A stretch of DNA of 64,000 nucleotides from an uncultured Gemmatimonadales bacterium (GCA_963728915.1 CAVSLV010000001.1:1536001-1600000), one strand, 5' to 3'. Positions 37,925 to 47,746 are shown, counted from the first letter of the stretch. Notes: a model not told the origin generated them from the letters alone. Made by a program: numbers and translations.

Positions 37925-38823
37925 GGCGTCCAGCGGACGCCGAAGAGGTGGACGTTCTGACCCAGGGCGCTGTGGTGCTGGAACGCGTAGTCTGCCCGGG
38001 CCCGGCCCAGCACCAGACTCCCACCGAAGGTGGTTCGGGAGAGGAGACCGCCCGCCAGGCCGGGCTGCGGCCCGGTCCCCGCGCGAGCCACGATGCCGAT
38101 ACCGGAGATCACGCCGCCCGCCTCGAGCCCGACCATGGTGCGGCCGTGCTCCCCCGAGGACCAGGCGGTCTCCACCGTCGCGAGCAGACGCCCATTGGAA
38201 TAGGTGTCGAGGAGGTTGAGACTCGCGCCGAGATGAAAGGAGGCCGGGAGCTCGAGCCCGTCACCCGAGATCGAGACCTGGCCGACATTCTGGAGACTGG
38301 CCGCGATGGCGGCGATGTCGAAGAAGGCGACCTGGAGCGCGAGGTCGGTGGTCAGGGAACGGGCGATCGGGCCGTCGCGCTGCTCCACCGAGACATACTT
38401 GCCGGTCATGCCGAAGGCGATGCCGCCCCGCCGGATCACCGCGCCGGCCACCGCGGAGAGGTTGTCGAACGTGGCCGAGTCGGCGGAAAACCTCAGGTAG
38501 CGATAGCCGCCGCCCAGGCTCAAGGTGCCGACCCGGGTCGCCGCGGCGGCCATCGCGTAGGTGGAATGATCGGGCCGCCGGGAGAACCCCGCCTCGAGGC
38601 TGAGCACCCGGATCGGAGCGATCCCGGCGGGATTCACGAACACCGCGCCCGCATAACCCGGCAACCCGACGCCGGCGCCGGCCAGTCCCGCCGCCTGAAC
38701 GCTGGAGGGAAAGCCCAGGATGACCGGCACCGGCTTCTCCTGCGCTCGCGCGGGCAGGGCGGCGAGGACAGTGAGGAGTGGACTCACTGACCTCACTGAC
38801 CTCACCGTCCCCCCCGACCTCAC
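37921..38823 (-). CDS. Outer-membrane beta-barrel protein, PorV/FadL-like
   Basis: Signal peptide, GLAGAG...VFVNPAGIA, SLQNVG, LPASFHLG, DYAF..HSALG; start uncertain. Confidence 0.6.
   Translation of the reverse strand: MRSGGTVRSVRSVSPLLTVLAALPARAQEKPVPVILGFPSSVQAAGLAGAGVGLPGYAGAVFVNPAGIAPIRVLSLEAGFSRRPDHSTYAMAAAATRVGTLSLGGGYRYLRFSADSATFDNLSAVAGAVIRRGGIAFGMTGKYVSVEQRDGPIARSLTTDLALQVAFFDIAAIAASLQNVGQVSISGDGLELPASFHLGASLNLLDTYSNGRLLATVETAWSSGEHGRTMVGLEAGGVISGIGIVARAGTGPQPGLAGGLLSRTTFGGSLVLGRARADYAFQHHSALGQNVHLFGVRWTP
38780..38823. repeat. Nonamer array (TGACCTCAC family) at a gene junction
   Basis: GGACTCAC TGACCTCAC TGACCTCAC CGTCCCCCC CGACCTCAC. Confidence 0.8.
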
Positions 38824-40577
38824 CGAATTCGCACCAGGCCGAAACGCGCCTGCAGCTGGGGATCCAGCGCAGCTCCCCCGGTGTTTGCGACGACCCGGAT
38901 GTCGAGGCCGCTGGCGTTGGCCGGCTGGGAGAGGAGGAAGTAGTACCCCGAGCCGGCGCGCAGGGTGTCGCTCTTGGTCGTGACGCCGGTGACCGCGCTG
39001 ATCGGGATCGGCGCCAGGGGAAAGCCGGCGGGGAAGATCTGCGCATTGGCCGGATTGGTCCAGACATCCCGGAATCCCCAGCTCTTGTAGCGCAGCCGCC
39101 CGGTGGACTCCTCCGGGAGGTCGGGACCATCATCGAGGTAGATCGCCATCAGCCACTCGGGAACCATGGTCGCGAAAATCCCGCCCGATGCCGACTGGAC
39201 ATTCGCGAAGCCGGTGTTGGACGTGTTATCCAGCGCGCGGGTCAGGTCGATTCCCACGATGGTATCGGCGGCGAACTGGTCGAGTAGCCAGCGAAGGAAC
39301 ATCCAGGCCGCCCCACGCTCCTCCAGGGTCCCCGGGGTGTTGTTCGGAAAGACCATGTAGTGCGCGCCGGGGTCCTTCAGGAAGTCGTAGCCGTTGAGGA
39401 GGTCGCCGCTGGCGTATTGGGAGCGGCAGGACGGAAACCCCGCGGCGACGCACTCCACGTTGGGCACCAGGCGACCGCCCAGCTCTTCCGCGAAGTGGGA
39501 GAGCGATTCGTTCAGCCACACGTCCTCGGTCAATCCGGTGCGAACCAGCGAGTGCTGGTTGAAGCTGATCATGTGCTGGAATTCGTGGATCAGGGTCGGC
39601 TTCAGGTTGTTGAGCGCCGACCGGCGGCTCACCGCGGTACAGGAGCCGGTCGCGGGAGACGGCACCAGGGTGTAGAAGATTTCGGCCCGGTTCGAGTTGG
39701 CACCGGTGAGAAGGTCGCCGCCGTAAAAGAACCCGACCACCCGGCCGTCCTTGCAGTCGGGGGTGAGATCGTTCACCGCCTTGGTCATCAGAATCAGGAC
39801 CACACCGTTTCCGTCGATGTCCGATTCGCGCCCGAAGCTCGTCGTGTCGATCGGATAGTGAAATCGATCGAAGGCCGAACCGAGCTCAGCGAGGTCGGCA
39901 TCGGTCAGGGGATCCGCGGTCGGCGCGTTGTTGTCCAGGTAGATTGCCACATTGGTGCCGAGGTATCGCGCCGTCGCGGTGACCGAGGTAAACGAGGTGC
40001 ACTGGAGACTGGCGCAGGCCTTGAAGGTGCGGACGTCCCCGAGCGGCGGCGCCAGCCCGGGAGCGAGCGACGGAGCACGAAGCACCGGGCGCTGATAGCG
40101 CGGGTCGTTGAGGAGCTCGCCTTCCCGGTACCGCAAGGTCGCATCGAACTCGATCGCGGCCGGGCTCCGTCTCCAGGGCAAGAGCCCGAGGGATTCCCCC
40201 GCGCTGGGAGCGCGCTGAATGGACGGCGCCAGGACCGGCTCGACCGAGGGGTTCGCGACGGTCGGTCTTCCCGCCTGGAAGACGAATGGGCCGAGATTCC
40301 CGTTGCTGCTGCGACTGCCATTGGTCGAGGCCAGGACCATGAGGTACTGCTCGGCAGTCGTGCCCGCCGCGGGCAACCGGAGACAGCCGGACGTCGTTGC
40401 CGGGTTGATGACCACGTGCTCGCCAACCGACAGCGTGGTCACAGCCTGGTTGGCGCAGGATTCCGAAGGGGTTCCCAGCTCGGCATTGGGCCCGGTGCTT
40501 CCGCACCCCGCGAGCACGCCGCTCAGAAGGAGCCCTGAAACCAGCCCAAAAACACCCTTCACCGGAGACCGTGGCAT
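38820..40577 (-). CDS. Zinc metallopeptidase lipoprotein (M30-like)
   Basis: LAGC lipobox; FGRESDIDGNG, GFFYGGDL, LIHEFQHMISFNQH, WLNESLSHFAE. Confidence 0.8.
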   Translation of the reverse strand: MPRSPVKGVFGLVSGLLLSGVLAGCGSTGPNAELGTPSESCANQAVTTLSVGEHVVINPATTSGCLRLPAAGTTAEQYLMVLASTNGSRSSNGNLGPFVFQAGRPTVANPSVEPVLAPSIQRAPSAGESLGLLPWRRSPAAIEFDATLRYREGELLNDPRYQRPVLRAPSLAPGLAPPLGDVRTFKACASLQCTSFTSVTATARYLGTNVAIYLDNNAPTADPLTDADLAELGSAFDRFHYPIDTTSFGRESDIDGNGVVLILMTKAVNDLTPDCKDGRVVGFFYGGDLLTGANSNRAEIFYTLVPSPATGSCTAVSRRSALNNLKPTLIHEFQHMISFNQHSLVRTGLTEDVWLNESLSHFAEELGGRLVPNVECVAAGFPSCRSQYASGDLLNGYDFLKDPGAHYMVFPNNTPGTLEERGAAWMFLRWLLDQFAADTIVGIDLTRALDNTSNTGFANVQSASGGIFATMVPEWLMAIYLDDGPDLPEESTGRLRYKSWGFRDVWTNPANAQIFPAGFPLAPIPISAVTGVTTKSDTLRAGSGYYFLLSQPANASGLDIRVVANTGGAALDPQLQARFGLVRIR

Positions 40578-40607
40578 CGGGTGTAAGTTAAGATATAGCA
40601 ACGAGTT

Positions 40608-40636
40608 TTGACAATCTCTGCCGGCACCGATAGCTT
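40608..40636 (+). promoter_or_regulatory. Sigma-70 promoter of dnaE
   Basis: TTGACA-17 nt-TAGCTT, ending 10 nt before the ATG at 40647. Confidence 0.75.
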
Positions 40637-40646
40637 GCCTCCCGCC

Positions 40647-43600
40647 ATGCCGTTCGTTCATCTCCATACTCACAGCGAATACTCCCTCCTGGATGGCGCC
40701 ATCCGGATCGACGATCTGGTGACGCACGTGCAACGCCTTGGGATGGACAGCCTGGCCGTAACCGATCATGGGAACCTCCACGCCGCCTGGTCATTCTACG
40801 CCGCGTCGAAGGCTGCCGGGCTACGACCGATTCTCGGATTCGAGGCGTATCTCGCCTATGGAGATCGACACTCTCCCCAGAAACCTCCCGATGCCCCGAA
40901 GGAGTACAGCCATCTGGTGCTGCTGGCCCGCAATCGGGAGGGCTACCGCAATCTGATCCGACTCTCCTCCATCGGATATGTCGAAGGATTCTACCGCCGT
41001 CCCCGGATCGACAAGGAAGTCCTGGCGAAATACTCCGGGGGAATCGTCTGTCTGGCGGCATGCCTCTCCGGGGAGGTGGCCCAGTGGCTCCGGATGGGAC
41101 GGTACGAGGATGCCCGTGCTTCGGCACAGTGGTTCGCCACCCGGTTCGGGCCGGATGGTTTCTGGCTGGAGATCCAGGAACACGGAATCGCCGATGAGCG
41201 GCAGGTCACCGAAGGCATGCTTCGGCTGGGTCAGGAGCTCGGGCTCCCCGTCGTCGCCACCAACGATGCCCACTACCTGCGCCGGGAGGACGCCGAGGCC
41301 CACGACGTGCTGCTGGCCATCGGAACCGGATCGGACCTGGACGATCCGAAGCGGTTCCGCTTCACCGGGCAGGAATCCTATGTGAAGAGCGAGAAGGAGA
41401 TGCGGGCGCTCTTCCCCGATCACCCGGAAGCGATCGACAACACCGCCCAGGTTGCGGCCCTCTGCGAATTCGATTTCGAGAAGCGATACCACGTGCCCAG
41501 CTTCCCCAAGCCGGCCGGGTACGACGACGAGAACGTGCTGCTTCGCGATCTGGCCGAACGCGGGGCGCGGGCACGCTACGGCGATCCCCTGCCCCCCGAG
41601 GCGGGGGCCCGGCTCGAGTACGAGCTGTCGGTGATCACGGGAGCGGGTTATGCAGGGTACTTCCTGATCGTCGAGGACTTCATCCGGGCGGCCAGGGACC
41701 GCGGGATTCCGGTCGGACCGGGCCGTGGTTCGGTGGCGGGGTCGCTGGTCGCCTTCGCGCTCCGGATCACCGACGTGGACCCCCTCAAGTTCGGTCTCCT
41801 GTTCGAGCGTTTCCTCAACCCCGAACGGGTGTCGATGCCGGACATCGATGTGGACTTCTGCTTCGAGCGCCGGGGCGAAGTGATCGAGTATGTCCGGGAG
41901 CGCTATGGCCGGAGCAGCGTCGGCCAGATCATCACCTTCGGCACCATGAAAGCCCGGGCCGCCGTGAAGGACGTGGCACGGGTACTCAAGATCACCCCGG
42001 GAGAAGCCGACCGGATCACCAAGCTGATCCCGTCCGGTCCGGCCTTCAGTCTCACCATTCCGGAAGCGGTCAAGAAAGTGGATGAGCTCAGGGAGCTGGT
42101 GGCGGGTTCCGCCCTCTACGGCCGGATGGTCAACCTGAGCTCCCGGATTGAGGGCATTTCCCGGCACGCCTCGGTGCACGCGGCCGGGGTGGTGATCGCG
42201 CCGGGGCCACTGGACGAGTACGTCCCGGTCTGCACCGCGCCGACCAAGGGCGCCGGGCAATCGGCCGACGGCGAGAACCCGATCATCACCCAGTACGAAA
42301 TGGGCGCGCTGGAATCGGTCGGCATGCTGAAGATGGACCTGCTCGGCCTCAAGACCCTCACGGTGCTCCACGACGCGGTGGAGATGATTGTGGCCCGCGG
42401 GGGTCCTCGGCTCGAGCTTGCCGCGATTCCCTTCGACGATCCCGAGGTGTACCGGTTGATCCGGGAAGGACACACCGCCGGCGTTTTCCAGTTCGAGTCG
42501 GCCCTGGCCACCGACACGCTCCGGGCGATGAAGTGCGACCGGTTCGACGATCTGGTCGCTTCCAATGCCCTGCTCCGCCCCGGTCCGCTCGACGCCGGCA
42601 TGCATACGGTGTTCATCCGGCGGCGGCTGGGACAGGAAGAGGTGAGCTATCCCCATCCGCTGCTCCGGGAAATTCTGGAGCCGACCTTCGGGGTGATCAC
42701 CTATCAGGAGCAGGTGATGCGAATCGCGAACGTCTTCGCGGGATTCACGCTGGCGGAGGCCGACGTGCTCCGGAAGGCGATGGGCAAGAAGGACGATGAG
42801 CTGATCCGGAAGGAGCTCGGCAAGTTCATCGAGCGCGCGGTGGCCCAGGGACATCCGCGCAAACTGGCCGGCGAGCTGGCGGCCCAGATCGAGACCTTCG
42901 GACGGTACGGGTTCAACAAGTCCCACTCGGTCGCCTATTCCATCCTCGGGTACCAGACCGCGTGGCTCAAGGTCCATTACCCCGCCGAATTCATGGCGGC
43001 GCTGCTTTCCTCCGAAATCGGCAACACCGACAAGGTGGTCTACTACATCAACGAGGCGCGCGAGCTGGGGCTCCAGGTGCTTCCACCCGACGTGAACGAA
43101 TCCGGATTCAAGTTCACCGTCCTGGAAGGGAACCGGATTCGGTTCGGGCTCGGGGCGGTTCGCAATGTCGGGAAGGGCGCAATCGATTCGATTATCGCCG
43201 CGCGACAGGAACAACGATTCGAACATCTGGGCGACCTCGCCGCCCGGGTCGATCTCCGTCTTTGCAACAAGCGCGTACTCGAATCGCTCATCGCGGCCGG
43301 GGCCTGCGATACGCTGGGGGGGCACCGCAACCAGCTCCTCGCGGTGGTCGAGCCGGTGCTCGGGGACGCCCAGCTCCGGCAACAGGAGCGCGACGCAGGA
43401 CAGGAATCCCTGTTCGGCGAGCCTCCCGAAGCGCGGGTCCGGCCCCCGGTGCTGCCGGAGCTCCCACCCTGGCCGGAAGCGGAGCGGCTGGCCCGGGAAA
43501 AGGAGGTGCTCGGGTTCTTCATTTCGGGTCACCCCCTGGAGCCGTTCCGGCCCGAAGTGGAGCTCTTCGGCAGCCGCACCACCGCCACCCTGGGGGAGTG

Positions 43601-44126
43601 GTCCGAGCAAGTCGTGCGGGTCGCGGGGGTGATCACCGCGGTGCGCCGGCAGCTCGCCAAGAAAAGCGGCAAGGAGTACGCGCGGATCGTCCTCGAGGAC
43701 TTTCACGGCAGTTCGGAAATGCTGGTCTTTCCGGACGCGTGGGCTCGGCTCAACCAGGTCCTGCGGGAGGATGCGGCGGTCCTCATCACCGGCGGCTACA
43801 GCACCCGGGATCGGGACGAGGAGCGCGCGACCCTGGTGGTCGAATCGGCCCGGGCTCTGGTCGAGCTCCGCGATGCGGGCGCGATCGGGTTGGCCTTCCG
43901 CTGGCGGGCGCCGGCGCCACCCGAACCCGAGGTGCTGCGCCGGGCGGCGGCGCTTTGCGCCAGCCATCCGGGTCCCGCCCCGGTCTATATTGAGTGGTCG
44001 GACGGCAACGGCGAGGCGGTCCGGCTTCGCGCGAAACGTCTCCGCATCGAGCCACGCGACGAGGTGGTGCACGCCCTGAAGGCCCTGCTCGGCGCCGACG
44101 CGGTCCACTACGTCAAGGCGGGCTAG
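40647..44126 (+). CDS. dnaE: DNA polymerase III alpha subunit
   Basis: FVHLHTHSEYSLLDG PHP domain, GPGRGS, FERFLNPERVSMPDIDVD, YGFNKSHS; no intein apparent. Confidence 0.97.
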   Translation: MPFVHLHTHSEYSLLDGAIRIDDLVTHVQRLGMDSLAVTDHGNLHAAWSFYAASKAAGLRPILGFEAYLAYGDRHSPQKPPDAPKEYSHLVLLARNREGYRNLIRLSSIGYVEGFYRRPRIDKEVLAKYSGGIVCLAACLSGEVAQWLRMGRYEDARASAQWFATRFGPDGFWLEIQEHGIADERQVTEGMLRLGQELGLPVVATNDAHYLRREDAEAHDVLLAIGTGSDLDDPKRFRFTGQESYVKSEKEMRALFPDHPEAIDNTAQVAALCEFDFEKRYHVPSFPKPAGYDDENVLLRDLAERGARARYGDPLPPEAGARLEYELSVITGAGYAGYFLIVEDFIRAARDRGIPVGPGRGSVAGSLVAFALRITDVDPLKFGLLFERFLNPERVSMPDIDVDFCFERRGEVIEYVRERYGRSSVGQIITFGTMKARAAVKDVARVLKITPGEADRITKLIPSGPAFSLTIPEAVKKVDELRELVAGSALYGRMVNLSSRIEGISRHASVHAAGVVIAPGPLDEYVPVCTAPTKGAGQSADGENPIITQYEMGALESVGMLKMDLLGLKTLTVLHDAVEMIVARGGPRLELAAIPFDDPEVYRLIREGHTAGVFQFESALATDTLRAMKCDRFDDLVASNALLRPGPLDAGMHTVFIRRRLGQEEVSYPHPLLREILEPTFGVITYQEQVMRIANVFAGFTLAEADVLRKAMGKKDDELIRKELGKFIERAVAQGHPRKLAGELAAQIETFGRYGFNKSHSVAYSILGYQTAWLKVHYPAEFMAALLSSEIGNTDKVVYYINEARELGLQVLPPDVNESGFKFTVLEGNRIRFGLGAVRNVGKGAIDSIIAARQEQRFEHLGDLAARVDLRLCNKRVLESLIAAGACDTLGGHRNQLLAVVEPVLGDAQLRQQERDAGQESLFGEPPEARVRPPVLPELPPWPEAERLAREKEVLGFFISGHPLEPFRPEVELFGSRTTATLGEWSEQVVRVAGVITAVRRQLAKKSGKEYARIVLEDFHGSSEMLVFPDAWARLNQVLREDAAVLITGGYSTRDRDEERATLVVESARALVELRDAGAIGLAFRWRAPAPPEPEVLRRAAALCASHPGPAPVYIEWSDGNGEAVRLRAKRLRIEPRDEVVHALKALLGADAVHYVKAG

Positions 44127-44128
44127 CG

Positions 44129-45091
44129 ATGCCCAATACCTATACCCTCGAATTCGAGAAGCCCCTGCTCGAGCTGGAGCGCCAGATCGAGGAGCTCAAA
44201 CGGGTGGGCGAGGAGCGCTCGATCGATGTCGCCGCCGAGCTCATGCTGCTCACGACCAAGCTGGACACGCTCCGCGAGGAGATCTATCGGCATCTCACTC
44301 CCATGCAGCGGGTCTCGGTCGCGCGGCACCCCCGGCGTCCGTACACGCTCGACTATCTCAGCACCATCTTCACCGACTTCGTCGAGCTGCACGGCGACCG
44401 GCTCTTCCGCGACGACCTCGCGATCGTGGGCGGGTGGGCCCGGCTGGGCGGCGTGCCGGTCATGGTGATCGGACATCAGAAGGGCCGCGATACCCGGGAG
44501 AACATCCGGCGCAATTTCGGGATGCCCCACCCCGAAGGGTACCGCAAGGCACTCCGGCTGATGAAGCTGGCCGCCCGCTTCAAGGCCCCGGTCATCACCC
44601 TGATCGATACACCGGGCGCCTATCCCGGGTTAGGCGCCGAAGAGCGGGGCCAGTCCGAGGCCCTGGCGACCAACATCCTCGAGATGGCCATGCTGCCGAC
44701 GTCGATCATCGCCGTGGTCATCGGCGAAGGCGGCTCAGGGGGGGCCCTGGCGCTCGGGGTCGCCGACCGGGTGCTCATGTTCGAACACTCGGTGTACTCG
44801 GTGATCTCGCCGGAAGGATGCGCCGCGATCCTCTGGAAGGACGCGACCCAGCGGGAGCGGGCCGCGGAAGCCCTCAAGCTCACCTCGTCCGACCTGCTCC
44901 ATTTCAAGGTGATCGATGAGATCATCCCCGAGCCGCTGGGCGGCGCCCACCAGAATCCCGATGAGGCAGGCGAGGCGCTCCGGGAGGCCCTGATCCGCCA
45001 CCTGGGCGAGCTGCGCAAGACCCGCCCCGACAAGCTGGTGCGGCGGCGGGAAGAGAAGTACGCCGGGATGGGCGTCTTCACCGAGGCCTGA
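44129..45091 (+). CDS. accA: Acetyl-CoA carboxylase carboxyltransferase alpha
   Basis: LEFEKP, ARHPRRP, GHQKGR, DTPGAYPG, GEGGSGGAL. Confidence 0.97.
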   Translation: MPNTYTLEFEKPLLELERQIEELKRVGEERSIDVAAELMLLTTKLDTLREEIYRHLTPMQRVSVARHPRRPYTLDYLSTIFTDFVELHGDRLFRDDLAIVGGWARLGGVPVMVIGHQKGRDTRENIRRNFGMPHPEGYRKALRLMKLAARFKAPVITLIDTPGAYPGLGAEERGQSEALATNILEMAMLPTSIIAVVIGEGGSGGALALGVADRVLMFEHSVYSVISPEGCAAILWKDATQRERAAEALKLTSSDLLHFKVIDEIIPEPLGGAHQNPDEAGEALREALIRHLGELRKTRPDKLVRRREEKYAGMGVFTEA

Positions 45092-46176
45092 TGCCCGCCA
45101 CCGTCGAAGTCCGCTTCAAGGGCAATCGCAAGGAGTTCTACACCTGGCCGAATGAGGTGGAGCCCCTTCGCCTCTGGGACGCCGTCATCGTCCCGGTAGA
45201 GCGCGGACTGGATTTCGCCAAGGTGTCCTCGACCGGGGAAGCCGCCGAAAAGAAATGCAGCAGCTGCAGCGGCTGCGCGGTGGGCGAAGTCAAGACGCCC
45301 GAGCGCGCGGTGCTCCGACGGGCGAGCCCCGATGACATCCGGATCGCCAATGAGCTTCGGAAGAGCGAGGAAGAAACCCGCCGCACCGTCATGGAGCGGG
45401 CGCGGTCGCGGGGCCTCGACATGAAGATCAGCGACACCGAATGGCAATGGGACCGGAAGAAGCTCACGGTGTATTTCACCGCCGAGCAGCGGGTCGACTT
45501 CCGCGATCTGGTGCGCGATCTGGCGTCGTCCCTGCATACCCGGATCGAGCTTCGCCAGATCGGCGCCCGCGATGAATCGGCCCGCCTGGGCGGGGTCGGA
45601 CGATGCGGCAAGGAGTATTGCTGCTCGAGCTGGCTCACGACGCTGGGACCGGTGAGTCTGGCGCTTGCCAAGGATCAGCACCTGTCGCTCAATCCGTCGC
45701 AGATCTCCGGCGGATGCGGGCGCCTGCTCTGTTGCCTCAAGTACGAGCACGAGTTCTACGTCGCCGCGCGAAAGCGGTTTCCCAAGGAAGGGCGCACCAT
45801 CCAGACCTCGCGGGGCCCCGAAAAGGTGGTGGCCCTGGACATCTTCCGGGAGCGGGTCTTCCTGCGGAGCGAGGAGCAGGGGGCGAGATTCCTGACCCTG
45901 GTGGAGCTGCAGCAGGAGCTGATTACCGAGCCGGAGCCGATCCGGGAGCCCCGGACGACCGAACGACGGGAACCCAAACCCAGAACCGCCCCCCCCTCCC
46001 CCGCAGCGGAGCCGCCGGCTCAAGCGCTGCCGCCGGAGGCTTCGGCCGAATCCGGGGACCCCGGGGAGTCCCCCACTTCCGCCCGCCGGCGGCGACGCCG
46101 CCGCCGCCGCCGAGGCCGCGGCAATGGCGGGGGCCCGACGGGGGCGCCTAACCCGGACTCCCCGCCGGCCTCCTAG
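45091..46176 (+). CDS. PSP1/RicT (YaaT) family protein
   Basis: FTAEQRVDFRDLVRDLA, RIELRQIGARDE, GRCGKEYCC, ISGGCGRLLCCLKYE. Confidence 0.92.
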   Translation: MPATVEVRFKGNRKEFYTWPNEVEPLRLWDAVIVPVERGLDFAKVSSTGEAAEKKCSSCSGCAVGEVKTPERAVLRRASPDDIRIANELRKSEEETRRTVMERARSRGLDMKISDTEWQWDRKKLTVYFTAEQRVDFRDLVRDLASSLHTRIELRQIGARDESARLGGVGRCGKEYCCSSWLTTLGPVSLALAKDQHLSLNPSQISGGCGRLLCCLKYEHEFYVAARKRFPKEGRTIQTSRGPEKVVALDIFRERVFLRSEEQGARFLTLVELQQELITEPEPIREPRTTERREPKPRTAPPSPAAEPPAQALPPEASAESGDPGESPTSARRRRRRRRRRGRGNGGGPTGAPNPDSPPAS

Positions 46177-47696
46177 TGGCGAAGTTCTACCTCACCACCG
46201 CGATCGACTACGCCAACGGCGATCCCCATCTCGGGCATACCCTCGAGAAGGTCGGAGCCGATTGCGTGGCGCGCTACCACCGGCTCAAGGGCGAGCAGGT
46301 CCATTTCGTCATGGGCATGGATGAGCACGGCCAGAAGGTCGCGATGGCCGCCGAGCGCGCGGGGGCTTCGCCGCAGGAATGGGTCGACCGGATCAGCCAG
46401 CGATTCGAGTCCACCTGGCGCCGGCTCCATTGCTCCCATGACGACTGGATTCGGACTACCGAGCCGCGCCATCACGCCGCGGTCACCGAGTTCCTGCGCC
46501 GGATTCAGGAGCATCACCCCGACGATCTGTTCCTGGGCGAGTACGAAGGGCTCTACTGTGTGGGCTGCGAAGAGTTCAAGCAGGAAGCCCAGCTCCAGGA
46601 CGGCCGCTGCATCGAGCATCCTGATCTGATTCCGATCCGGATGAAGGAGCGGAACCACTTCTTCCGGCTCTCCCACTACGGGCCGCGGATCCTCGAGCTG
46701 ATCCAGCGCGGTACCTTCCAGGTCGAGCCCGCGATCCGGCGGAATGAAGTGGTCAGCGTGCTGGAGAGCGGCCTCGAAGATGTCTCGATCTCACGGTCCC
46801 GCTTCCCCTGGGGGATCCCCTTCCCCGGCGATCCCGAGCACACCGTCTACGTCTGGTTCGACGCGCTGATCAACTACATCACGGCCGCCGGTTTTCCCGG
46901 GCCGGGGTGGGACCGGCTCTGGCCCGCCGACCTGCACATCGTCGGGAAGGGGATCACCCGGCTGCACTGCTGTCTCTGGCCGGCCATGCTGCTCGCCGCC
47001 GAGTTGCCGCTCCCCCGGCTGGTCTGGGCCCACGGCTACGTGCAGTGGGAAGGCGCCAAGGTTTCCAAGTCCAGCGGGGTCGCGGTGAGCGTGGAGTCGG
47101 CCACGGAACGCCACGGTCCCGATCCGCTTCGCTGGTTCCTGCTTCGGGAAGTCGGGTTCATCGGGGATGGGAACTTCAGCTGGGAGCGGTTCGACGAGCG
47201 TTACCATGCCGACCTGGCCGACGGGCTCGGCAATCTGGCCTCCCGGTCCCTCGCCATGCTCGAGAAGTATCGCGGCGGCCGGGTGCCGGCCGGCGAGGGT
47301 GGACCGACTCCGCTGGACCAGGCCGGGCTCGAAACGGCGGCCCGGTTCGCGGCGGCGATGGATCGCTATGACCTTCGCAGCGGGGCGGAGACGATCTCCA
47401 TGCTGGTGACGCAGGCCAACCAGTATATCGTCCAGACCACCCCGTGGGCCCTCGCCAGGGAACGGCGCGACGCCGAGCTCGACCGCGTGTTAGGATCGCT
47501 GGCCCGCTGCCTCTTCCGGCTCGCGGTCCTCCTCGCCCCCTTCATGCCCGAGAAAGCCGAGGTGCTGTGGACCGCGCTGGGGCGAAGCGAGCCGCTCCGC
47601 ACCATCGGGTGGTCGACCCTCCTCGAGCCCGAGCAGGAAGGGAACCTGGTCACCCGGCCCCCGGTGCTGTTCCCGAAGCCGGAACCTGCGGTCTGA
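46176..47696 (+). CDS. metG: Methionine--tRNA ligase, short form
   Basis: FYLTTAIDYANGDPHLGH, GMDEHGQK, YVWFDALINY, KVSKS. Confidence 0.93.
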   Translation: MAKFYLTTAIDYANGDPHLGHTLEKVGADCVARYHRLKGEQVHFVMGMDEHGQKVAMAAERAGASPQEWVDRISQRFESTWRRLHCSHDDWIRTTEPRHHAAVTEFLRRIQEHHPDDLFLGEYEGLYCVGCEEFKQEAQLQDGRCIEHPDLIPIRMKERNHFFRLSHYGPRILELIQRGTFQVEPAIRRNEVVSVLESGLEDVSISRSRFPWGIPFPGDPEHTVYVWFDALINYITAAGFPGPGWDRLWPADLHIVGKGITRLHCCLWPAMLLAAELPLPRLVWAHGYVQWEGAKVSKSSGVAVSVESATERHGPDPLRWFLLREVGFIGDGNFSWERFDERYHADLADGLGNLASRSLAMLEKYRGGRVPAGEGGPTPLDQAGLETAARFAAAMDRYDLRSGAETISMLVTQANQYIVQTTPWALARERRDAELDRVLGSLARCLFRLAVLLAPFMPEKAEVLWTALGRSEPLRTIGWSTLLEPEQEGNLVTRPPVLFPKPEPAV

Positions 47697-47746
47697 ACTG
47701 TCCTAACCTGCGACATGACACAAAGTTAGGCGCGCAATTCCTTGTC

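Noticed and set aside
40821..44108. Long antisense ORFs opposite dnaE (also 1523-4348, 15937-18858, 32669-35014, 55584-56978)
   Set aside because: They mirror well-supported genes codon for codon, have no recognisable motifs, and are expected from GC3 bias.
40647..44126. Intein or split in dnaE
   Set aside because: Length (1159 aa) and motif order are normal; no intein signature seen.
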